DNA of 64,000 nt from NCBI GenBank assembly GCA_028707635.1, contig JAQWAQ010000004.1:2548-66547 (forward strand). Reading direction: 5' to 3'. The notes beneath the pieces are model-generated. The model searched no databases, was not told the DNA's origin, and saw nothing but the letters and a program-made list of their open reading frames with translations. How positions within the stretch are numbered: position 1 is the stretch's first letter; each line of letters begins with the position of its first letter. Below, piece after piece: positions 1 through 9,621 of the stretch. The stretch comes from Negativicutes bacterium (lineage in GTDB: Bacteria > Bacillota > Negativicutes > JAAYSF01). Position numbers and translations under genes: made by a program.

Positions 1-202
1 ATAGCAAAGTTAACTCAAATTAGCATGGAAATCCACATTTTTTCCCTTGATTATCATAGCATTTACTTTCCTATACTGTCAATAATTTTTTCGAATATTA
101 AAGGGATATGTCCTGATAATGTTCGGATATTTGCCCAAAAATCCCGACAGTAAGATTGCTTTAGCGTGAAGGTATATCAGAAACAAGAAAATTAACCATA
201 AA

Positions 203-245
203 AGGCTAAGGATCTTCCTTTGACAGAGTCTCCTTAGCCCTTTAG
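203..245 (-). terminator. Rho-independent terminator downstream of the nitrite/sulfite reductase gene
   Basis: Inverted repeat GGCTAAGGA...TCCTTAGCC followed by a T-run on the minus strand, just past the stop of the 263..1846 CDS. Confidence 0.5.
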
Positions 246-262
246 CTTTCAGCATTTTTAAG

Positions 263-1846
263 TTATGCTGTTATTTTTTTAAGGGTGGCCCGATGAATAT
301 ATTCGGCAAAAGTTTCTCTGCTAAGCGCTTCCTGCCTATAGCTCTTAACTAAATCAGCAAGCACCTCGCTAATCTCGTCGGTTCCCACCGTACCTAACAG
401 TTTTTTCCCAAACCGTGCGCCATCGCCCAGCTTTCCACCGACCCATACCTCAAAGCCAGAATACGGTTTGCCGTCACGGGAATAGACTGCTCCCTGCAAC
501 CCAATATCAGCAATTTGCGGCTGGCCGCAGGAATGGCCGCAGCCGCTAATATGAACCCGTAATGGTATATCAGTTCCTACAGCCTCTTCCAGCTTATCGG
601 CGATCTTTTTAACGCAAGTCTTTGTTTCGACAAGGCCAAATGGGCAGAATTCATTGCCTGTGCAAACGCCTGTATAGGCATTCAAACTGTTCCAAAGACT
701 TTTTTGCTTAATGAAAAACGGCTCTTTTTCTAGCTGCTCCGCTGCACTGTTAGGGATATTAAGAATAATTAAATCCTGGGAGTTTGTTGTCCGTAAACTT
801 CCGTCACCATAGTCATCAGCCAGCCTGGCGATTTCCCGAAGTTCAGACGCCGCAAGCCGCCCGCTCACTACAGCAATTCCTAAATAACTGAGTCCAGCTT
901 GTTTTTGATTATTAAAGCCAAAGAACCTGCCCGCGTTCCAACCCTTGGATACCGGAGTCCCGGCTGACTGCAGCGGACCGGTCAATTTCAACAACTTGGC
1001 CTGGAACTTTCCAAGGCCCCAGTCTTCTATCAGGAATTTCAATCGAGCATGATTACGCTTTTCACGATAACCGTAATCGCGGAATAGCGACCCAACTCCT
1101 GCAGCAACTTTAAGCACCTCATCAGGCAAGACGAAAATGTCAAGCTTTTTCGCCAGGTGCGGCTCGCGTGATAATCCACCGCCGACGAGAACATTAAATC
1201 CTTTAGCTTCGTTCCCGTCAACCGTCTTTACAGCCGGAACAAAAGCAACGTCATTCAGCTCAGCATTAACTGAATTATATAATCCCCCCGAAACTGCAAT
1301 TTTATATTTCCGCGGCAAATTTGAAAAATCGCGGTTGTTATGGAAGAAGTCATTCAGCTGCTTGAAAATGCCCCTAGTATCAAGAAACTCATCAGGGTCA
1401 TAGCCATCAAGCGGGTTAGCCACTATGCTGCGCGGGCAGTCGCCAGCCGCCTGCAGGGTCGTTAATTGTACGAGGTCAAGGGCTTTAAAAATTGCCGGAA
1501 CATCCTCAATACCAATCCAGTGAAATTGAATAGAATGCCTGTTGGTAACGTCAAAAACACCATGGCCATAGGCCTCAGCGATATGAGCTAAAACCCTAGC
1601 CTGGTTTGTGTTTAATTGCCCTGCCGGAATTTTAACCCGCAGCATAAACTTTTCATCTGTCTTTGGACGTTGGATATACAGACCAACATATTTTAGACGG
1701 TCAAAGTCAGCGGCGGTTAGGGCTGCGAATCCTTCCTTGGAAAATTTTCCAATATCCTTAACTACATTAAGACCATCCTTTTCCAGTTTAGCTAATTCAG
1801 TTGCATTCAGTGCAATTGTGTTTTTCATGTTCATCTTCCCCCTCAT
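263..1846 (-). CDS. Ferredoxin-dependent nitrite/sulfite reductase hemoprotein (NirA/Sir family)
   Basis: 527-aa ORF with two nitrite/sulfite reductase ferredoxin-like half domains and the siroheme/4Fe-4S Cys cluster motifs (CTGNEFCPFG..., SGCGHSCG). Alternative starts MNMK/MK a few codons in. Confidence 0.8.
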   Translation of the reverse strand: MRGKMNMKNTIALNATELAKLEKDGLNVVKDIGKFSKEGFAALTAADFDRLKYVGLYIQRPKTDEKFMLRVKIPAGQLNTNQARVLAHIAEAYGHGVFDVTNRHSIQFHWIGIEDVPAIFKALDLVQLTTLQAAGDCPRSIVANPLDGYDPDEFLDTRGIFKQLNDFFHNNRDFSNLPRKYKIAVSGGLYNSVNAELNDVAFVPAVKTVDGNEAKGFNVLVGGGLSREPHLAKKLDIFVLPDEVLKVAAGVGSLFRDYGYREKRNHARLKFLIEDWGLGKFQAKLLKLTGPLQSAGTPVSKGWNAGRFFGFNNQKQAGLSYLGIAVVSGRLAASELREIARLADDYGDGSLRTTNSQDLIILNIPNSAAEQLEKEPFFIKQKSLWNSLNAYTGVCTGNEFCPFGLVETKTCVKKIADKLEEAVGTDIPLRVHISGCGHSCGQPQIADIGLQGAVYSRDGKPYSGFEVWVGGKLGDGARFGKKLLGTVGTDEISEVLADLVKSYRQEALSRETFAEYIHRATLKKITA

Positions 1847-2103
1847 TTATTTCAAATAAAAAGGCTAAAGAGAGTCCTTGCGGAACCATCTTTAGCCTTC
1901 AGTTTTTCTGATCAGCTTTAATTCAATTTACGTACTATATTACAAATAGTGCGGCCTTTTGTCAATGATATCTTTCCTTCAGCTTAAATTACAATACTAG
2001 TTTGCGGCGATTTTTGGACTGTTTTTTCCCACCATAAGTATCCAGGTGTATCAAGTTAGGACAAGTACATAATACTAATTAGAATCTACTACACCCGGGA
2101 GGT

Positions 2104-2310
2104 ATGGATATGAACTTAACAACACGAGAATTGCTTTACCTGGAAGACCTAACCAAACTTTTTGAATCTGTTGATAAAAACTGTAGCCGCGGCATACAGA
2201 CCTCGAACGATCCACAGGTAAAATCTCTTTTGCAGGGACTTTCTCAAGATCACAAGCAATGGATGCAGTCAATATCATCAATCGTCACAAGCAACGGAAA
2301 CTTACAATAA
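2104..2310 (+). CDS. Small spore-coat-F-like protein
   Basis: 68-aa ORF with RBS GGGAGGT 5 nt upstream. Forms an operon-like pair with the downstream Coat-F-domain gene; Coat-F genes usually occur as such pairs. Confidence 0.45.
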   Translation: MDMNLTTRELLYLEDLTKLFESVDKNCSRGIQTSNDPQVKSLLQGLSQDHKQWMQSISSIVTSNGNLQ

Positions 2311-2323
2311 GGAGAGAATATTT

Positions 2324-2626
2324 ATGGTACAACAGCAGCAACAGCAAACACAAGACATGGAATTGATCGGGACTTTAATCTACCAATTAAAAATGGAGTC
2401 TTCATCATTATGTACAGCTATCCTTGAAAGCTCCAATGACAATGTAAGAACGCAGCTCACGCAATTGTTAAGCCAAAGCCTGCAAAACCAGAAAAATGTA
2501 TTTGACGCAATGAATCAGAAAGGCTGGTACAAGGTTGAGCCCGCCCCGGCCGAACAGTATCAGCGTATTCAGCAAAGTTTCACCACTATGCAGCAACAGG
2601 AGCAAAGCCAAAATCAAATGCAATAA
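2324..2626 (+). CDS. Spore coat protein F (CotF) family protein
   Basis: 100-aa Gln-rich protein with a Coat-F-like helical core (ELIGTLIYQLKMESSSLCTAILES...). RBS AAGGAGAG upstream. Confidence 0.55.
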   Translation: MVQQQQQQTQDMELIGTLIYQLKMESSSLCTAILESSNDNVRTQLTQLLSQSLQNQKNVFDAMNQKGWYKVEPAPAEQYQRIQQSFTTMQQQEQSQNQMQ

Positions 2627-2745
2627 CCCTAACAGCCGGTTATTGATATCTCATTGATAAGCTGTATAGTTCGCAGTAACTATTTAAGTGTGTAAAGGCA
2701 AAAAGACGATGGTTTCTACCAACGTCTTTTTGCTTAACTCTACAT

Positions 2746-2955
2746 TTAGGCTTGGAATGTGCGGCAATTTGTCTCACGGCTTTGTCTTGCCGAATTACCA
2801 CCGTCGTCAACGTTGACCTCAATTGCTGATGCAGTGCACAAAGTACCATTGTCATTAAACTTGCAATTTTTCACGGTACATTTCACACCCTGAAGTGCAT
2901 GGCTCATATTCTCACCTCCATGGATATTTTGCCAAATAGTACGAAGCGTATTCAT
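2746..2955 (-). CDS. DUF1540 domain protein (sporulation-associated small Cys-rich protein)
   Basis: 69 aa with the repeated C-x-V-x-x-C...C motif (VKCTVKNCKFNDNGTLCTASAIEV) typical of DUF1540. Confidence 0.5.
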   Translation of the reverse strand: MNTLRTIWQNIHGGENMSHALQGVKCTVKNCKFNDNGTLCTASAIEVNVDDGGNSARQSRETNCRTFQA

Positions 2956-3078
2956 GCTGAATCAAGTCTCACGTTATCGCAAAACTGCGCAATCCCTTCC
3001 TCTAAAAATACTTCTTTATTTTTTCTGTGGTTTAGATATAATAAATTGTTACCAACAAACTAAACTCAGTAATTTAAA

Positions 3079-4950
3079 ATGAAAGAAGGCTGTGTATCAA
3101 TTATGATGCAGGCGATTAGGCGCTTACTTATCGGCAAACCATTACACAATAATGAATTAGGTCACCAGCGACTCCCAAAATGGAAAGCTTTGTCGATATT
3201 CTCCTCGGATGCTTTATCATCTGTGGCTTATGGCCCTGAACAAATCATGCTCACCTTAGTTGCAGTGCCTGGTCTAATTGCCTATGGGTTCATGGCTCCA
3301 ATAGCCCTATCTATTTTGCTGCTGCTGGCAATCGTAGTCCTTTCGTATGTTCAAGTGGCAAAAGCAAATCCTGGCGGTGGCGGTTCTTATGCTGTTTCTA
3401 AAAAGAATTTAGGCGAATTACCCGCTCTCATCGCCGCCGGATCGGTCTTTGCCGACTATATTCTTACTGCGGCAGTGAGCGTATCAGCAGGCACAGCAGC
3501 AATTATCTCAGCCTTTCCGTTCTTAGCAGGGCACGAAGTGTCTCTAGACCTATTTGTCCTCTTTATTGTCTTGATGCTAGTCAATTTACGCGGCGTGCGT
3601 GAGTCTTCCACGGCTTTCGTGCTTCCTACCTATGCCTTCTTATTGGGCATCATAGGATTAGTCGCTTTTGGAGTGTTTAAGGCGTTTACCCAATCGTCTT
3701 ATTTGATCCATCCTGACGCGTTTGCAGCGCAACCCCTGAACTGGATGGTCATTTTTCTCATTCTACGCGCCTTCGCGAATGGCTGTAGCTCCATGACAGG
3801 AGTAGAAGCGATTGCCGACAGCGTACCCATGTTTAAACGCCCCGAGGCCCGTAATGCAACAATCACGACATATTGGATGGCCGGGATTCTTTGCCTTATG
3901 TTTACAGGGATAACCTTTTTGATTATGCATTATCATTTACTTCCTATACCTGACATAACTGCTTTATCGCAACTTGCGGAGCAAGTTTTTGGGCGAAATT
4001 GGTTTTATTTTTATATTCAAGTCACAACAATGCTGATCTTATACCTAGCAGCGAATACTGCTTATAATGGATTGCCGATTCTCTTGTCAATTGTAGCAAA
4101 AGATGGTTATATGCCGCGCTATCTAGCAACTCGCGGCGAACGGCTCACTTATTCTAATGGAATCATTTTATTAACCATCGCGGCGGCAGGCTTAATCGTA
4201 ATTTACCATGGCCAAATAGACCATCTAATTTCCCTTTATGCTATAGGAGTTTTCGTATCTTTCACAATTGCGCAAACGAGTATGGTTGTCCACTGGAGGC
4301 GCGAACACGGACCAGGCTGGAAAATCAGGGCTTGCTTAAACGGCTTGGGAGCATTCACGACCGGCCTTGTTGTCATTATTATTACCGTGACAAAGTTTGT
4401 CCATGGGGCCTGGATGATCCTTGTGTTCATTCCGTGTATGATCTATATTTTTAAAAAAATCCGCAGTCACTATGATTCAATTGCCAAACAGCTGAGCGTC
4501 CCCCCAGAGTTTGTTATAAAAGAAAAAGCGAACAAGGCTGAAAGCAAACACATCGTCATCGTTCCGGTCTCAACTCCTACTCGGGTTGTTTTTAACACCT
4601 TAAAATACGCCAAAGTCATCGGCGACAATGTCATCGCGGTGCATGTCGCAAATGATGAAGAATCTGAACGTAAAGTGCGAGCAAAATGGGATCAATGGGA
4701 TATGAGTGTTGAACTCGTCGTTTTGCGTTCCCCTTATCGGTTGTTAATGAACCCACTCATCGAGTACATCGAAACCATCGACAACATGAAGGGAACCAAC
4801 GATTTCATTACTGTAATAATCCCTGAATTTGAGACTAAACGGTGGTGGCATCGCTTGCTGCACAATCAAACAGGATGGGTACTCCACACATCCCTAATCC
4901 TTCGAAAAAACGTTATTGTAACAACAGTTCCCTTTCATCTCAAAGAATAG
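3079..4950 (+). CDS. kimA: KimA/YdaO-family K+/H+ symporter (APC superfamily with C-terminal cytoplasmic domain)
   Basis: Strong similarity along the whole length to B. subtilis KimA, including the RLLIGKPL...KALSIFSSDALSSVAYGPEQI N-terminal signature. The start may instead be the internal ATG at 3103. Confidence 0.85.
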   Translation: MKEGCVSIMMQAIRRLLIGKPLHNNELGHQRLPKWKALSIFSSDALSSVAYGPEQIMLTLVAVPGLIAYGFMAPIALSILLLLAIVVLSYVQVAKANPGGGGSYAVSKKNLGELPALIAAGSVFADYILTAAVSVSAGTAAIISAFPFLAGHEVSLDLFVLFIVLMLVNLRGVRESSTAFVLPTYAFLLGIIGLVAFGVFKAFTQSSYLIHPDAFAAQPLNWMVIFLILRAFANGCSSMTGVEAIADSVPMFKRPEARNATITTYWMAGILCLMFTGITFLIMHYHLLPIPDITALSQLAEQVFGRNWFYFYIQVTTMLILYLAANTAYNGLPILLSIVAKDGYMPRYLATRGERLTYSNGIILLTIAAAGLIVIYHGQIDHLISLYAIGVFVSFTIAQTSMVVHWRREHGPGWKIRACLNGLGAFTTGLVVIIITVTKFVHGAWMILVFIPCMIYIFKKIRSHYDSIAKQLSVPPEFVIKEKANKAESKHIVIVPVSTPTRVVFNTLKYAKVIGDNVIAVHVANDEESERKVRAKWDQWDMSVELVVLRSPYRLLMNPLIEYIETIDNMKGTNDFITVIIPEFETKRWWHRLLHNQTGWVLHTSLILRKNVIVTTVPFHLKE

Positions 4951-4957
4951 CAAGCTG

Positions 4958-4998
4958 AAGAGGCCTTCCAAGGTAGATACCTTGGAAGGCCTTACTTC
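4958..4998 (+). terminator. kimA terminator hairpin
   Basis: Perfect 15-bp inverted repeat AGGCCTTCCAAGGTA/TACCTTGGAAGGCCT immediately after the kimA stop codon. Confidence 0.55.
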
Positions 4999-5104
4999 TT
5001 GGCTTTAAAACCTACCTTCCCCGCGTATTTGCAGGAAAAACAGCTACTCATTACGAACATTTTCTATAAGAACAAAACGCCATCATGTACTAGGAGGGAT
5101 AAAC

Positions 5105-5653
5105 ATGAACAACAAATTATATGCCATTATTGGTCCGCCCGGATCAGGTAAAACTACAATTGTAAAAAGATTAAAAGACTTTGGAATTCCCGTTCTGGTA
5201 AGCCATACAACAAGACCGCCAAAAAGCAATGAAAAAGCTGGCCATGACTATTATTTTGTCGATCAAACAACATTTTCGAATATGGTTTTTCTGGAAAAGG
5301 TCCTCTATGCAAACAATTTATATGGTCTAACAAAAGACGAAGTCTTAAATAAAGTCCATAACAATCCTATATCTATTGTTGAAATTGAACGAAATGGATT
5401 AGAGCAGCTAAAAAATTTACTTGGAGTACGTTTAGAATCTATTTATATTCTTGTGGATAAAAATACGCTTATCGAGCGCTACGTAGATCAAGGCGAAAAA
5501 TTCGACTCTATCAAACAACGCATTAAATTTGTCGAGGAAAACAATGAGTTTAATAATTGGCAAATTGCCGACCATGTTGTAAAAAACACCAACACAATAG
5601 ATATAACTGTACGTCAAATTTTAGCCATCATGGGTATGACAACAATAAAGTGA
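5105..5653 (+). CDS. Guanylate kinase-like P-loop kinase (divergent GMP kinase family)
   Basis: 182 aa with the Walker A motif GPPGSGKTT and the guanylate-kinase HTTRPP motif. Sits in an AT-rich stretch with RBS GGAGGGAT upstream. Stand-alone, and not the housekeeping gmk context. Confidence 0.65.
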   Translation: MNNKLYAIIGPPGSGKTTIVKRLKDFGIPVLVSHTTRPPKSNEKAGHDYYFVDQTTFSNMVFLEKVLYANNLYGLTKDEVLNKVHNNPISIVEIERNGLEQLKNLLGVRLESIYILVDKNTLIERYVDQGEKFDSIKQRIKFVEENNEFNNWQIADHVVKNTNTIDITVRQILAIMGMTTIK

Positions 5654-5723
5654 GACTTGAATCTGAAGAAGATCTGGGGACGCTCTTAACTTAAATTAAA
5701 TTAAGAGTCGTCCCCAGATCTTC
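5645..5723 (+). repeat. Variant copy of the intergenic repeat family (shared 5' module ATAAAGTGAGACTTGAxTCxGA, then a 57-nt hairpin)
   Basis: The 5' module is near-identical to the copies at 15521, 39824 and 55347 and overlaps the TGA stop of the kinase-like gene. It is followed by the inverted repeat GAAGATCTGGGGACG...CGTCCCCAGATCTTC. Confidence 0.55.
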
Positions 5724-5789
5724 ATTTCAAAGGAATAGGCAAAAACAGTCCTGCTTGCCCCCTATTTTAGACGGCCGAAAAACAGCCCC

Positions 5790-7094
5790 TTACTTTCTAC
5801 CAATTAAATCGAGCACGCTTCTTACCATTAACTCCACCCCAGGAGCGAGGATGCTTTCATCAAAATTAAAATAGTTACTATGGTGCCCTGCGGCCAAATC
5901 GGAGCCAATCATAATGTATGTTCCCATACCGCCGTTTTGTTGGACGATAGTCATGAAGTGGGAAAAGTCTTCTGTGGCACCAAAACTGCTATATTCAATT
6001 ATATCGTTAAAGAATGGCATAGCTGTGGCAATTTCTTTGACTTTGGTTATCATTTCTGGGCTACTTTCACCGCTTTTTGTTCCTCCGACTTGCTTGATTG
6101 CATATTGACAGCCATACATATCGGCAGCGGCAGCTATGATACGCCGTGACTGTTCAGCCATATAATCATCCAATTCACTGGTTTCGCCCCTGGTCTCCAT
6201 TTGGAAAAAAGCATTAGGCGGAATAACATTACGGCCTTGACCTGCGACCAATGTTCCCACCGTAATACGAGTTGCACCTTGCCCGTGGCGAGCAATTGCA
6301 TGCAGATTCAGAGCGCATGTAGCAGCCGCCAGTAAGGAATTTTTTCCTTCCTCTGGGGCCGCGCCTGAATGCGCCGGCTTACCGCTATACGTAACATCCA
6401 ATTTTGTCGTTGCTAAAAATTTGCCTGTACCGCAGATAATTTGTCCTGTCTTTTTTGCTTGAAATCCAATATGTATACCAAGAATATAATCAACACCATC
6501 AACAGCACCAGCCGACACCATAGCCCGTGCTCCACGACTGCCTTCTTCTCCAGGTTCAAAGATTAGCCTGATTGTTCCGCTTATTTCATCTTTCATTTCG
6601 GCTAATAATTCAGCGACTCCCAACCCTATCGCAACGTGTCCGTCGTGCCCACAGGCATGCATCACGCTGCCATTCTGCGAAGCAAATCCCTCTCGAAACG
6701 GCAAATGCTTTTCATCGCTGCTTTCCTCAATATCATTTGCATCAATATCAAAACGCAATGCAACAGTTGGGCCTTCACCGCATTTGAGGTCGGCAATCAC
6801 GCCTGTCATCCCGCCAGTCATAACCTGTATCAGCTCGGCTTTTGCCCCTTGCCTGACAGCCCGCTCCATATGCTTTTCCAACTCTTCCGGTAACGGCACT
6901 CCCATCATATCAACTTCCATGATGGCCTTTCTTCCCATTCTTAATGTGTAACCAAATTGCTGCAATTTGTCCGCAACGATAGCAGTCGTACGAAATTCCG
7001 TCCACCCAGATTCAGGATAGCGATGAAAATCACGGCGATAGGCAATGAGGGCAGCCGTAATTTTCTCAACCAGGGCGGTAATCTTATCACTCAT
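5790..7094 (-). CDS. M20 family amidohydrolase (AbgA/hippurate hydrolase-like metallopeptidase)
   Basis: 434 aa with M20 metal-binding motifs (HACGHDGH, EPGEEG) and M20D-type architecture. Confidence 0.8.
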   Translation of the reverse strand: MSDKITALVEKITAALIAYRRDFHRYPESGWTEFRTTAIVADKLQQFGYTLRMGRKAIMEVDMMGVPLPEELEKHMERAVRQGAKAELIQVMTGGMTGVIADLKCGEGPTVALRFDIDANDIEESSDEKHLPFREGFASQNGSVMHACGHDGHVAIGLGVAELLAEMKDEISGTIRLIFEPGEEGSRGARAMVSAGAVDGVDYILGIHIGFQAKKTGQIICGTGKFLATTKLDVTYSGKPAHSGAAPEEGKNSLLAAATCALNLHAIARHGQGATRITVGTLVAGQGRNVIPPNAFFQMETRGETSELDDYMAEQSRRIIAAAADMYGCQYAIKQVGGTKSGESSPEMITKVKEIATAMPFFNDIIEYSSFGATEDFSHFMTIVQQNGGMGTYIMIGSDLAAGHHSNYFNFDESILAPGVELMVRSVLDLIGRK

Positions 7095-7156
7095 AGTTAC
7101 TCCTCCTGTTCTAAGACAAGTATAACTATCACTAAAATTGTGCTCCAGTTAGGTTA

Positions 7157-8425
7157 CTATAACAGAATTAACATGGCTACAATGGTAGCAATTGTCATGC
7201 CTGGGGCGTTCCGTTTGGCCAGTTCCATTGGACTTACGCCTGCAATTGTTGCGCAAATAATGCCTGCGCCATTAATTGGGGACATGGTACGACCGATGGC
7301 GCCACTAAGAGCGGCAATACTCCCCATGTTGACTACGTCCAACCCAAACTTAGCTGCATGAGGTGTCACGGCTTCATTAAAGGCAAAAGCAGCTGCATCG
7401 CCTGATCCGGAAATAATCGCCAGTGCCCACGGACCAAAGGTAGCTGCATATTTTACAACCTCCGAAGAATTAATCATAGACTTAATAAAGGTATCAACAA
7501 GACCGATCGACTGCATCCCGCCAACGAATACCCCCGCGGCTATGATAATACCCATAATTTGACCATAGGCTGAACCCATCCCATCAAAAAATCCTTTGGT
7601 AATCTTAGTCGGGCTTTTGCGAGTCACAATTAAAGCAATAATTGCCCCAATCAACATTGCATGGGGAACACCCAGCTTTTTTAATCCAGGTATCCAACCA
7701 GACGCACCGAGCACCAAAAGGAAAACCGGAATAATTGGTACGATGGCAAAAAGGACATTGGTTTGAGGGGTAGTTTGCACGTCAAGGGCAGTGGTTGCAG
7801 CCGTTTCTGCAGCCACATAGCCTTTATCTTCCTTTAGAATTTTAGCAACAATAGTTATACTTAGCGCGGCCACTATGCCTGCGGCAATGTCTGCTGTTGC
7901 ATGAACAGAAATGACATCCATGACAGGCATGTTTGCAAGCTTAGCTACGAATGGATTGTGTGACAACCCGGGATTTAGCATACTACCAAAGGTGCCTGCC
8001 CACACTGCCGCCCCGGCAGTCGCCGGATGTATGCCAGCAGAAATCAGGATTGGGATAAATATCGCACCAACAGCTGCCGCACAGCCAGCGGCACTGGGAA
8101 GGGCGACATTAATGGCAAAAGTAGCCAAAGTGGCAGCAGGTATCAAAATTGGTCTAACTTTTGTCAGGCCATTGGCCACCAAGTTAATTAAATGTCGATC
8201 ACATTCGGTCACCTTCATGACATATGCAAAACCCATTACCGAGCAAATAGCGGCAATTAGCCCAGCTGTAGTCATACTTTTTGCAAAAGCATCAAATGCG
8301 GCCAGAGGATTCCCAGCCAAAGTCGCCATTAGAACTCCAGCACCGAAAAGTACCATACGGGATTCATACTGCTTAACTAAACAATAAACAGTAACCAGCA
8401 AAATTATTACACCAATATACACCAT
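7157..8425 (-). CDS. DcuC-family anaerobic C4-dicarboxylate-type transporter
   Basis: 422-aa polytopic membrane protein. The C-terminal region is collinear with E. coli DcuC (SGxAxFxAFxE...GRTxSPxxG...SPxExxKR). Confidence 0.6.
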   Translation of the reverse strand: MVYIGVIILLVTVYCLVKQYESRMVLFGAGVLMATLAGNPLAAFDAFAKSMTTAGLIAAICSVMGFAYVMKVTECDRHLINLVANGLTKVRPILIPAATLATFAINVALPSAAGCAAAVGAIFIPILISAGIHPATAGAAVWAGTFGSMLNPGLSHNPFVAKLANMPVMDVISVHATADIAAGIVAALSITIVAKILKEDKGYVAAETAATTALDVQTTPQTNVLFAIVPIIPVFLLVLGASGWIPGLKKLGVPHAMLIGAIIALIVTRKSPTKITKGFFDGMGSAYGQIMGIIIAAGVFVGGMQSIGLVDTFIKSMINSSEVVKYAATFGPWALAIISGSGDAAAFAFNEAVTPHAAKFGLDVVNMGSIAALSGAIGRTMSPINGAGIICATIAGVSPMELAKRNAPGMTIATIVAMLILL

Positions 8426-8673
8426 ATAAATCCCCCCTTATATTTAGCTAGATTGCGCCATGATTAAGTCGGCATTCACACCTCCCTCCTTGCAACGTTC
8501 TAGTTAAAAGCAACATCAACGATCTTCTAAAGTAACCTAGAACGGTTTTAAAATATATATTATTGAATTATTTCAGTCATTACAGGGGAAAATCCTGTCT
8601 ATTTTTAAAATATTTTAAATCTTCTAATCAATTTGCATGATAAGCTTCATCTGCAGACCTCCCTATAAACGAC

Positions 8674-8700
8674 AAAAAACCCGCGAAATTCGCAGGTTCT
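8674..8700 (-). terminator. Terminator of the AT-rich orphan gene
   Basis: Minus-strand hairpin CCTGCGAATTTCGCGGG followed by TTTTTTGT. Confidence 0.45.
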
Positions 8701-8809
8701 CGGTTTTCTGAAATTGTTGTTTACCCCATACTCCAGACCAAGGTGTCGATAACCCCGTCCCCTTGACACCCTGGTCTTTGACACCCGGCAGCTTCCCATC
8801 CAAGCATTA

Positions 8810-9394
8810 TCAGGTTGATGATGCTTTTTTACAAAAGTCTAAGCATTTTTCATAGTCATATTTATTTTCATGAGTTTTCAAAATACCGTAAAATGGTTCC
8901 GCAACCCTAATTAATAAGCCGCTTCCATATAGTTCACGGTGATCCGGAATGTACTTCCCATTCTTTATAGCATCCGCCATAAAATGCGTAGGTACGTAGT
9001 TATTGTCAATTATTTCAGTAGCAGAAGCTCCCTCAAGATGGTCGTGTTTATCTGTATATAATTCAAAAATCGTTTCATGCGAAAACCCATAATCAAGCCT
9101 CCTGAATTTATCGTCATTATTTTGATGTCTATAGGAATATAACGTATAAGAAAGTTTGCCTAATATATTTTTAAATGATTTTTCTTTATACGTTCCTTCT
9201 TTAGCTACAATGAGTTCTTTATACTTTGCTTCAACATAGGGAATCAAGGCGGACATTTCACTATTATTATCATTCTTAACTGCTAAAAATGAAGCGATAA
9301 ACAAATGCTTTTTTTTCAACGGAACAGAAGCCAAATTGATAATAAAAGTTTCTACTAAATCCGTATTAATGATAATGTTTGTGTTACTTACCAT
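8810..9394 (-). CDS. Hypothetical protein with no recognisable domain, in an AT-rich islet
   Basis: 194-aa ORF with RBS GGGGGGAACT upstream and its own terminator. Base composition is markedly more AT-rich than the flanking dnaB and DcuC genes. Confidence 0.55.
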   Translation of the reverse strand: MVSNTNIIINTDLVETFIINLASVPLKKKHLFIASFLAVKNDNNSEMSALIPYVEAKYKELIVAKEGTYKEKSFKNILGKLSYTLYSYRHQNNDDKFRRLDYGFSHETIFELYTDKHDHLEGASATEIIDNNYVPTHFMADAIKNGKYIPDHRELYGSGLLIRVAEPFYGILKTHENKYDYEKCLDFCKKASST

Positions 9395-9621
9395 TGTAAG
9401 TTCCCCCCGATAATATTTTGCGTCACAATCTATATATGGCTACCTTCTATTTGAAAACGATAAAGTCCTTCATGCTATAAACTGCTAAGTGTTTTTCTTC
9501 CCTAATATGTTATTTACACGCAATACTAGCCGGTCAATCCAAATTTCATATCCGATTAAGCTCACGTATACCTCCAAACTTTAATTTTCATAAGTATAGC
9601 ACTACTTCCTCAAGGTTATAT

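Noticed and set aside
1137-1403. ORFs 1039-1221, 1137-1403 and 1608-1859 overlapping the nitrite/sulfite reductase gene
   Set aside because: They lie entirely inside a well-supported 527-aa CDS on the opposite strand or another frame, with low-complexity translations and no RBS. Shadow ORFs.
2040-2103. SigK/SigE-type mother-cell promoter (AC...CATAnnnTA-like) upstream of the CotF-like pair
   Set aside because: Only a loose match (GACAAGTACATAATACTA), not enough to call without expression data.
2956-3078. Possible ydaO/c-di-AMP riboswitch upstream of kimA
   Set aside because: The region is only about 120 nt and AT-rich, with no GC-rich paired elements. It looks like a plain promoter.
7911-8387. 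158-aa plus-strand ORF inside the DcuC-family transporter gene, and similar antisense ORFs (6957-7361, 10089-10655, 11471-11887, 19098-19490, 23270-23653, 29750-30111, 40004-40402, 42855-43254)
   Set aside because: Each overlaps a confidently identified conserved gene. The translations are Ala/Ser/Arg-rich antisense artefacts typical of moderate-GC coding regions.
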